The notes beneath the pieces are model-generated. The model had not been told where the DNA came from and searched no databases. It saw only the letters and a program-made list of their open reading frames with translations. Below, piece after piece: positions 20,780 to 28,493 of a DNA stretch of 64,000 nt (within the stretch, counting starts at the first letter, position 1; every line of letters begins with the position of its first letter). The stretch spans positions 340,112-404,111 of the forward strand of contig JAEOUA010000003.1 in NCBI GenBank assembly GCA_016839555.1. Reading direction: 5' to 3'. Position numbers and translations under genes: made by a program. Source of the DNA: Promethearchaeota archaeon (GTDB lineage Archaea > Asgardarchaeota > Lokiarchaeia > Sigyniarchaeales > SOKP01).

Positions 20780-21283
20780 TTATTTAAGTTTTCCTCCACA
20801 CACATCACAGAACTCTTTATCATCTTGATTCGGTTCTAATGGAACTCCACAGTGAGGGCAGACCTTTATCGATTCACTTACTTTTTCATTTTCAGGGACA
20901 TAATCAAATTGGAGGTCCGCGTCATCAGGAATAATCAATATTTTATACTCTTTTCCACATTTTTTACAGACAGTATCTTCCATATTCATAATATTCCCAC
21001 AATTAGAGCATCTTTTAAGTAATTTTAATCCACAGTTTGGACATTTCTCTGCATAAATGCTCACTCGGGTATTACACTGAGGACACCTCTTATCTGGTCT
21101 AAAGAAAAACCCTAAAACAGCCTGAATGCAGATTATTGTCGCAATTTCTAAAGGAACAAGAATTCTCCAATTTATATCAAAATAAAAAACTCCTAATAAT
21201 ACTAGAGGAGTAAAAGAAAATAATGTGAGAAGTAAGATTAAGAATCTTGTTTTTATTTCGAGCCGACGTTTTCTATTATTCAT
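20780..21283 (-). CDS. Membrane-anchored multi-zinc-ribbon (DZR) protein
   Basis: Two N-terminal hydrophobic segments followed by six CxxC pairs. Confidence 0.8.
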   Translation of the reverse strand: MNNRKRRLEIKTRFLILLLTLFSFTPLVLLGVFYFDINWRILVPLEIATIICIQAVLGFFFRPDKRCPQCNTRVSIYAEKCPNCGLKLLKRCSNCGNIMNMEDTVCKKCGKEYKILIIPDDADLQFDYVPENEKVSESIKVCPHCGVPLEPNQDDKEFCDVCGGKLK

Positions 21284-21384
21284 AACTTGAATTTTTAAAT
21301 TTTTCTTACTCTTTAATTTATTAAATGGTAACCAACAAATAAATAATTGCTAATCCACTTATTCTTTTTTTTGAGATAATATGA

Positions 21385-21561
21385 TTATTTAAGCTCAATT
21401 TCATCCTTTTCCAATTTAACTCCACAATAAGGGCAGGTATCTCTTTCTTGATCTTCTGGGCTTAATTTTTCGCCACATGCAAAACAAAATTTTACTTTTG
21501 TCCCAAATTGGAAATTTTTTTCTGATTCCTTCTTTTTTTGATTATCATCAAGATTACTCAT
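21385..21561 (-). CDS. 58-aa zinc-ribbon protein (missing from the ORF track)
   Basis: MSNLDDNQKKKESEKNFQFGTKVKFCFACGEKLSPEDQERDTCPYCGVKLEKDEIELK*. Confidence 0.8.
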   Translation of the reverse strand: MSNLDDNQKKKESEKNFQFGTKVKFCFACGEKLSPEDQERDTCPYCGVKLEKDEIELK

Positions 21562-21737
21562 AGGAGAATAAAGAAATAAAATTATAAATAAAATAATAGG
21601 AGTCCAATCATTATTTATTAGGAAAAATGCTAAAATTTAAGAAAAAAGATATCTAGATCTATATACAAGATAATATATAAATAGCAAACGATTTAAAATA
21701 ATATTAATAAAAATTTTAATAATGGAGGTAAAAAATA

Positions 21738-21938
21738 ATGCCCGGTTCTCATGGAAGTTTAACTAAGGCTGGAAAAGTGAAGATGCAAACTCCAAAAGTT
21801 GTAAGAACGGGAGTAAATTCAACTCCAAAAAAGCCACCAAGAATGCGGTATCGAGACTTATACAAAAAACGTTTTGTAAAGGGAAAATACGGCGGGCAGC
21901 CAGATAGTATAGGAGCTAAGCGAAGCAAATTTAGCTAA
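21738..21938 (+). CDS. rps30e: 30S ribosomal protein S30e
   Basis: SHGSLTKAGKVK.QTPKV signature; GGAGGT RBS. Confidence 0.95.
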   Translation: MPGSHGSLTKAGKVKMQTPKVVRTGVNSTPKKPPRMRYRDLYKKRFVKGKYGGQPDSIGAKRSKFS

Positions 21939-22082
21939 TTTGGCTAAAAGGGAGAATCTTCATTTTTCATTTATTTCAATTTTTTATTATTTCAAAGTTA
22001 TTTTTTATTGAGAATAAATTCTGATTGTCGTTTTGATTTTAGACACTTTGCACGAAAATTTTTAATTTTTCTTGCTGTAACT

Positions 22083-23963
22083 TTATTCTATATTTAAAAT
22101 TATTTCTAATTGCCGTTCTAATTTTCGGCTCTCTTTTAGATAATATGAAGCTTTTTCATTGTTTTTTATTAATAAGTTAAAAAACGCACTCATTAATTTA
22201 TTCCATCTTATGGATTTTTTAATACCTGAGATTGTGTCTGTATGTAAAAAGCGTTTTGTTTGACTGAGATAAAAATTAGCATTCTTTGAACTTTTTCGGT
22301 GATGAATATAATATTCTGAAAGTTCCAAGAATAAATCTGCTACAAGTTCATGGTATTCGTGGCTGATGCGATCAATCTCAATATTTTTTACGCTCATAAT
22401 AAGCATTTTTTGAGCTTGAGACAATTTTCCAACTTTTTTATAATATTTAGCACGGAGTAAATGATAATTTAATTTAAGTTTAATTGAATTTTTTGCTAAT
22501 TCAAATGCTTTTTTAAAAGTTTCGATAGATTTAGAAATCTCTTCCGATTGTTGATAAATTAATCCCAAGTAGATATAACATAGTCCTAAATATTCATTCT
22601 TATTTGGGAAAACCAAATTCTTAGTTTCGATAAAATTGGTAATAATTTCAAAATAACTCTTCGCAATAGGAAGGAATTCTAATTCAAAATGAATTCTTCC
22701 TAATTCATAATGAATCTTTACGATATATGAAACGGGAACCTTTCCTGATTTGGCAATCGAAAGTGCATTTTTGAGATAATTTATTGCAACTTCCTTTTGA
22801 TTTAGAGTGAGGGCAATATCTTTTAATAATAATAAGATTGTGACTACAGCTTTTTTCTGTTTATATTTATTAAATGTCTTGAGAGCTTTTGTCAAAATAT
22901 TATTAGCTTCTTTTAGTTTATAATTATTTATTAATTCTTCGGCTTTTGTTAAATAATTTAAATTTTCTATAACTTTAAAATTATTAGGTGGAGAATTTAA
23001 TAAATTATGGTGAATAAGATAAAGTTGCTTAGCGATTAAGCTTTCATAATGAAGGGCAGAGAAGGGAAAATTATTTTGTTCGTCAACAAAATTTTTAGTA
23101 TCTAATTCTCTTTTTGGATCAAAAGATCTCAATACCCGAGTATTGATTTCCATTTGGTCAATACCATCTAATATAGAATTCAAACTTAATCGACTAAATT
23201 TTACCCAATTTGTTGATAAATCACATATTAAATCATCTGAATTATATAATGCTTGAATGATATATGGAGTATAACTTTCAAAAAAGGATCTAATATAGAA
23301 TTTTTTATATATAAAATCTTTAAAATAAGTGAAAAATCCTTTCTCTAATATAAAAAACTCATCAATAGGCTCATTCGTAGAAAAGAACAATGTTTCAGAA
23401 GTCCGCAATTTTGGAATCCCCTTTTCTAATTCCCACGGTAATTGAAATGTAGGCTCTAAACTGCTCTTTTGTAACTCATTATTAATGATATTTATTGTGC
23501 TTTCTTTTAAATGTTTTAACTCACTTCGCTTATTCATAAGCGATATGCGAATTCTATTAATCCACGCATTCTCTTTTTCATCATTTATTACTTCTGGAAT
23601 AATTAAATTTAGTAATTCAACTAATTGCTTTTTTTTATCGCTAATTGGTAATTCAATGTTCAAAGAAACTTGCTCACCAAAAGATTCTAATGATCCCATC
23701 AATTTCTTTAAAAATTCAAGCATATTTTTATCCAAATTCCAAAATTTGAACGCGACTGAAATTTTAAAATTTAGGATTTCAAAAGGAACATTGAATTTCA
23801 AGGGAAGATAAATGGGAATTTTTACTGTAAATAAGAAGGTTTTATTCTGCTTAAAACTATAGCGATAGTTATTTTCAACAACACCCTTAATGGACCACCC
23901 ATTTTCTTTCATGAGATTGTGCAATTTTTGAATCTCATTTAGCGATAACAGCGTGTATGACAT
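22083..23963 (-). CDS. Protein with C-terminal TPR-like repeats
   Basis: AINYLKNALSIA, HYELGRIH and YIYLGLIY...FKKAFELA helical repeats. Confidence 0.7.
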   Translation of the reverse strand: MSYTLLSLNEIQKLHNLMKENGWSIKGVVENNYRYSFKQNKTFLFTVKIPIYLPLKFNVPFEILNFKISVAFKFWNLDKNMLEFLKKLMGSLESFGEQVSLNIELPISDKKKQLVELLNLIIPEVINDEKENAWINRIRISLMNKRSELKHLKESTINIINNELQKSSLEPTFQLPWELEKGIPKLRTSETLFFSTNEPIDEFFILEKGFFTYFKDFIYKKFYIRSFFESYTPYIIQALYNSDDLICDLSTNWVKFSRLSLNSILDGIDQMEINTRVLRSFDPKRELDTKNFVDEQNNFPFSALHYESLIAKQLYLIHHNLLNSPPNNFKVIENLNYLTKAEELINNYKLKEANNILTKALKTFNKYKQKKAVVTILLLLKDIALTLNQKEVAINYLKNALSIAKSGKVPVSYIVKIHYELGRIHFELEFLPIAKSYFEIITNFIETKNLVFPNKNEYLGLCYIYLGLIYQQSEEISKSIETFKKAFELAKNSIKLKLNYHLLRAKYYKKVGKLSQAQKMLIMSVKNIEIDRISHEYHELVADLFLELSEYYIHHRKSSKNANFYLSQTKRFLHTDTISGIKKSIRWNKLMSAFFNLLIKNNEKASYYLKESRKLERQLEIILNIE

Positions 23964-24122
23964 AATTTTCTTATAAATTTAAATCATTATTTAGTTTCTG
24001 AAAAAATTGGTTTACTCTAGTTTTAAATTCATAAATGATTTTATGATCATTATATAATATAATGGAAGTATAATCTTATTAGTTTGACTTAATTTGAAGT
24101 TGAATATAAGGTTTGACCCCCT

Positions 24123-24842
24123 ATGGATATCTCAAAATTTAATCAAGCTCTAAGTATATTAGTCAATAAAGCAAAAAGATATGAAAGAGCAGGAAATTTA
24201 GAAGAAGCAATAGAAGCATGGCTAAGAGTTTCAGAATTCACTCTCAGAACCTCAAAAATGAGAGATTTAGATAGTTCTTATCGAAATATGTTAATTTCAA
24301 GAACCGAGGGGATCATTAATAAAATAAAAATCTTAAAAGCGGAACTTAATAAACCCAAAATTGAAGAACCTTCAATTGATAAAGCTGAAACTTCAATATT
24401 GACCCAAGAAGAGCTCCCTCCACCTGAAGAAACACACTCAGAAGAAAAAACCCAACTAAAACAAAAAGTGACGACGCTCGGTCCTACCAAGATATCTAAA
24501 CAAATTCATAAGGCAAAGGGTTCTTCTGAAATGGATCTTAGATCAGAAGTGGCATCTCCAGAAAATGTTGAAGTGATTGAAGAATCAGAATTTAAAAATT
24601 TACCTAATGGTGTTAAACAAATAAAACCTTCCAAAGATTTTGAGGTTTTGACTCCTTTTGACTCCGAGTTAGTCAAAAGACGACTCGGTGAAGATATAAA
24701 TTTGAGTGGAGTTAAAGGTCAAGAAAATACTGAAGCTGATGAAATAAGTAAAAAGCGTAAGATCATTTGTCCCTTATGTGGGGAAGTAAATTCCGCAGAT
24801 AGAGAGATATGTAAGAATTGTGGGACAAAGTTAAAGAATTAA
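24123..24842 (+). CDS. MIT-like domain, disordered linker and C-terminal zinc ribbon
   Basis: KAKRYERAGNLEEAIEAW three-helix N-terminus; CPLCG...CKNCG at the C-terminus. Confidence 0.7.
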   Translation: MDISKFNQALSILVNKAKRYERAGNLEEAIEAWLRVSEFTLRTSKMRDLDSSYRNMLISRTEGIINKIKILKAELNKPKIEEPSIDKAETSILTQEELPPPEETHSEEKTQLKQKVTTLGPTKISKQIHKAKGSSEMDLRSEVASPENVEVIEESEFKNLPNGVKQIKPSKDFEVLTPFDSELVKRRLGEDINLSGVKGQENTEADEISKKRKIICPLCGEVNSADREICKNCGTKLKN

Positions 24843-24863
24843 AAAAAATATACTGTTTCGAAT

Positions 24864-26303
24864 TCATTGCTCATAGGTATTATGGTACCAATCTTCGAAA
24901 TCTTCGAAGCGGTCAGAATGAAATTCTGTTAGTAAATTGTTATTTGCATCATTTTTAATTTTTTCAAACAATTGGTCGCAAATATCGGGATTTTCTTGTG
25001 CAATATTATTTTGCCAGTTAGGATCTTGTGTAAGATCAAATAATTTCTGTTCTGTTTTATGATTTCCCGTAATTAATGCATATTCATCATCTTTAAAAAG
25101 AGTCCAGAGGGCCATCCCACACGTGATATAATCTCTATCTTCCAAAGCATAATATTTATCATCCAGGAATACAGATAAATCATGACCTTCTAATTTTTTT
25201 GGAATATCTTTGTCAAGAAAGCCAAAAATCGTCGGCAATATGTCAATATCATATATATAAGAACTTTTCACTCGTATTGGACCATTAATTTGTTCTGGGG
25301 GTTTAATCATAAAGGGTATATCTACTAATTCAGGGAACATGTACTGGGGGACCTTTCCCACTGAACCATGTTCGCCGAAATTATGCCCATGATCGCTAAT
25401 AAAGAATATTAGTGAATCATCATACAGATCTAATTGTTTTAACTCATTAATGAATACTCCAAACCAATGATCACAGAGAGAAACTTCTCCAGCATAACAC
25501 GCTTTCATGCTTTCTAATTCCTCTTTAGTGATTAAATCCACACTATTTCCATAAATAGGTTGGATTATTTTATTTCCTAAATAGGATTTATCTTTGTAGA
25601 GCTCATAATATTTATCTGGTGGATCCCAAGGTTCATGCGGGTCAAATTCATCTACTACACATAGATAATTATTAACATTTTTATTTAATTTTGCTGATTC
25701 AACAGCCTTTTGGAACGTTTTTGCTGGCATATAATCTTCTTCTGATTTGTAATATTGGGTATTTTTAAAATATTTCTTAAGTAAGATTTTTTGCAGTTGT
25801 ACTTCATAATAATTTTCTTCCGTTCGTTCAGGGACATGATTTTTAATAATTTCTCTTAATTTTGATTTACTTGCCTTCCATGTTGGTATATATTTATCAT
25901 ATTCATGCCCTCTAATCAGGTGCCATTCATCGAAACCCAAATGGAAATTCATACAGGGTTTATATTGATGATAAGTACTTGTTATAAAAGAACTAATATA
26001 TCCAAAAGCATGTAAATATTCCGAAAGATGCTTTTGATTATGCGGAATGGGAGTCCATCCCGGTGCTTCTACAAAATCATCACTCCTAAAGTTTAAATCT
26101 TTATCAAAAGGAAAGGTTCTTATGCCTGTGTGAATTGCCCTACGTACTGGTATTGTTGGTAAAGCTTCGGGATATGCTTTATCGAATACTAAACAATCAT
26201 TCGCAAATTCATCAAAATTAGGTGTTTGTATCCAATCATTGCCATAGGTCTTTCCGGTGTGGTCCTTTCTAAGAGTATCAAGTATAATAAGAAATATTTT
26301 CAT
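24864..26303 (-). CDS. Sulfatase-like hydrolase (alkaline phosphatase superfamily)
   Basis: LDTLRKDH, TPNFD, PTIPVRRAIHTG, DPHEPW, SDHG. Confidence 0.88.
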   Translation of the reverse strand: MKIFLIILDTLRKDHTGKTYGNDWIQTPNFDEFANDCLVFDKAYPEALPTIPVRRAIHTGIRTFPFDKDLNFRSDDFVEAPGWTPIPHNQKHLSEYLHAFGYISSFITSTYHQYKPCMNFHLGFDEWHLIRGHEYDKYIPTWKASKSKLREIIKNHVPERTEENYYEVQLQKILLKKYFKNTQYYKSEEDYMPAKTFQKAVESAKLNKNVNNYLCVVDEFDPHEPWDPPDKYYELYKDKSYLGNKIIQPIYGNSVDLITKEELESMKACYAGEVSLCDHWFGVFINELKQLDLYDDSLIFFISDHGHNFGEHGSVGKVPQYMFPELVDIPFMIKPPEQINGPIRVKSSYIYDIDILPTIFGFLDKDIPKKLEGHDLSVFLDDKYYALEDRDYITCGMALWTLFKDDEYALITGNHKTEQKLFDLTQDPNWQNNIAQENPDICDQLFEKIKNDANNNLLTEFHSDRFEDFEDWYHNTYEQ

Positions 26304-26445
26304 TTATTTTCTATTTATTATTTCTGGTTAAATATTTTCTATAATATATATTAAAATAAGTTTTAAAATAATTTTAAACTTCTAGTTCATTAGAAATAAT
26401 CTAGAAAAAGTCAATCATATTATTTGTAATGTCATTTAATTAATT

Positions 26446-27243
26446 ATGATTATCGAATTATTAGTAATTGGGAATGAAATTCTTATCGGTAAAACGCAAG
26501 ATACTAATTCTAATTGGATTGTTAAAAGAATTGCGAAATACGGGCATAAAACACGGAGAATTACTGTGATTGGAGATGAGATTGAGGAAATTTCTTCAGC
26601 AATTCAAGAAATTTTAAACCGTAAACCAGATATGATTATTACTTGCGGTGGACTTGGCCCCACATTTGATGACATGACTAATGAAGCGGTAGCAAAAGGA
26701 TTAGGACGGAAATTAGTATTAAATGAACATGCTTATAATAGTATTAAAAAAGCATATAAACGAGCTTATGAACAAGGAATTGTAAAACTTGATGGAATGA
26801 CTAAAGAGAGGGAGAAAATGGCATATATGCCTGATGGGTCAACACCACTGCCAAATACTAAGGGAACCGCACCAGGAGTAAAAATAAAGCAAAATAAAAT
26901 TAATATTTATATCTTGCCGGGTGTTCCTAATGAAATGAAAACAATATTTAGAAATGTTATTTTGCCCATTTTAAAGGATAAACAAGGAAAATTCTATCAA
27001 AAAGGATTTATTTTTTCCGGGATTGGAGAATCTCATATCGCTCCGTATGTGACTGAACTCGAGGAGAAATATCCAGATCTCTGGATAAAAACACACCCAC
27101 GAATTGGTCTTTCTGTTGAAGTGGAAATCTCCATCACCTGTTTTGATAAAGACACTTGTGAAGAAAATATTAATAAAGCATTAAAAAAGCTAAAACAGAT
27201 AGTTAAAGAATTAGATGGAAAAATAATTAAACAAAATACTTAA
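26446..27243 (+). CDS. CinA-like molybdopterin-binding domain protein
   Basis: GNEILIGKTQDTNS, GGLGPTFDDMT, GTAPG, LPGVPNEM, GESHIA. Confidence 0.88.
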   Translation: MIIELLVIGNEILIGKTQDTNSNWIVKRIAKYGHKTRRITVIGDEIEEISSAIQEILNRKPDMIITCGGLGPTFDDMTNEAVAKGLGRKLVLNEHAYNSIKKAYKRAYEQGIVKLDGMTKEREKMAYMPDGSTPLPNTKGTAPGVKIKQNKINIYILPGVPNEMKTIFRNVILPILKDKQGKFYQKGFIFSGIGESHIAPYVTELEEKYPDLWIKTHPRIGLSVEVEISITCFDKDTCEENINKALKKLKQIVKELDGKIIKQNT

Positions 27244-27246
27244 AAT

Positions 27247-27319
27247 ATGATGGCACCTCGCAGGTGAAAATTTCAATAAGCAATCGCTTCAAGCGTTTGT
27301 GCTTATATCATTAACATCA
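27247..27319 (-). promoter_or_regulatory. Eukaryote-like SECIS element in the selD 3' UTR
   Basis: Minus strand: ATGA-T, stem ATAAGCA/TGCTTAT, CAAA, ministem CGCT-TGA-AGCG, then T-GA. Closed by TGATG/CATCA. Confidence 0.88.
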
Positions 27320-28351
27320 TTAATAATTTGAAATTTCTATGTTTTCGATTTCTTTAGATATTCTTATTTCTCCCGGTGTTTTATCATCGATTTCACCAAC
27401 GATCCAGTTTGAAATCTTCTTAGTTGAAAGAGCATTCGAAAATTCTTCGACTTTTTCTGAATCAATAGCCATTAACATTCCACCAGCAGTTTCATGTGCT
27501 ATACATTCATCAAAAGCATATCCCAATTCATCCGAAAGATCTTTCGAGAGTTTAATCGAAGGAGTTTTGGTTATTATCCCCGAAAGTTTAGAATGCTGGA
27601 GCATTTCTTTAGCATGCCCAGCAAGACCAAATCCTGTAACATCTGACATTGCATGCACAAACGAAAAGTCATTAAATGAATGGATAGTCCTGATAACATC
27701 TTGATTTGGTGTGGTCATAATTTTTATAGCAATATCAATGGAGTTTTGTAGTTCTGTTCTCGAATAATTTTCTAATAATTCCGGCATATCCTTTAAAATT
27801 CTATAAGCAGCCATTATAGCTTGCAAACCTATAGGTTTTGTAAGGATTAGCTTATCTCCTTTTTTTACTCCACTTTTTCTTATAATTGTATCTTTATGTG
27901 CTATTCCTGAAGCTTCTCCTCCTATTAATGGCCAATCACAATAAATCGTGTGTCCCCCCACTACTTCTGATCCCACTTTATTTTCCATAAAATATTTTAT
28001 CCCCCGAAGAATTCCTTCTGATATATAACTAGGAGTAGTGGTAGTAACTGCTAAAAAAATCAGCATACCACCATTAATATCTAGCACATTCATGGCAAAA
28101 ATATCGTTTGTTACATTGCAAGCTGCTATTTCACCTTGAATTTCTGGCTCATCAACAATAGGGGTAAAAATATCTAAATTTTTCACCAGAACTAATTCCG
28201 TCCCTTTTATGGGAATTACCGCCGCATCATCAATATCACCATATAGCCCCGTTTTAATTAAAAGTTCTTCCAAGTTGGATGCACCTAATTTACATGATCA
28301 TCCATGTATTTTAACCATTGAGGTTAATCTATATTCTTCTTTTGCTTTCAT
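27320..28351 (-). CDS. selD: Selenophosphate synthetase, selenoprotein (Sec18 = TGA at 28300-28298)
   Basis: ATG at 28351 gives MKAKEEYRLTSMVKIHG-TGA-SCKLGASNLEELL, in frame with the track ORF. DDAAV, DIFTPIVD, DIFAM, GGHT, DVTGFGLAGH and ETAGG motifs. Confidence 0.95.
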
Positions 28352-28493
28352 CACCCACAGCCTTCATTCTTTTTAAATTTATGATTTTCCTATTTTAAAG
28401 AATATAAGATTATATAAAATATTAATGTTTTCGATAAATTAATCGAAGAGATCGATAAATAAATAAAGAAATTATTTTATTTGTAAAAAAAAT

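Noticed and set aside
21930-21948. Small hairpin over the rps30e stop codon
   Set aside because: Weak 6-8 bp stem; the downstream T-tracts are enough for archaeal termination.
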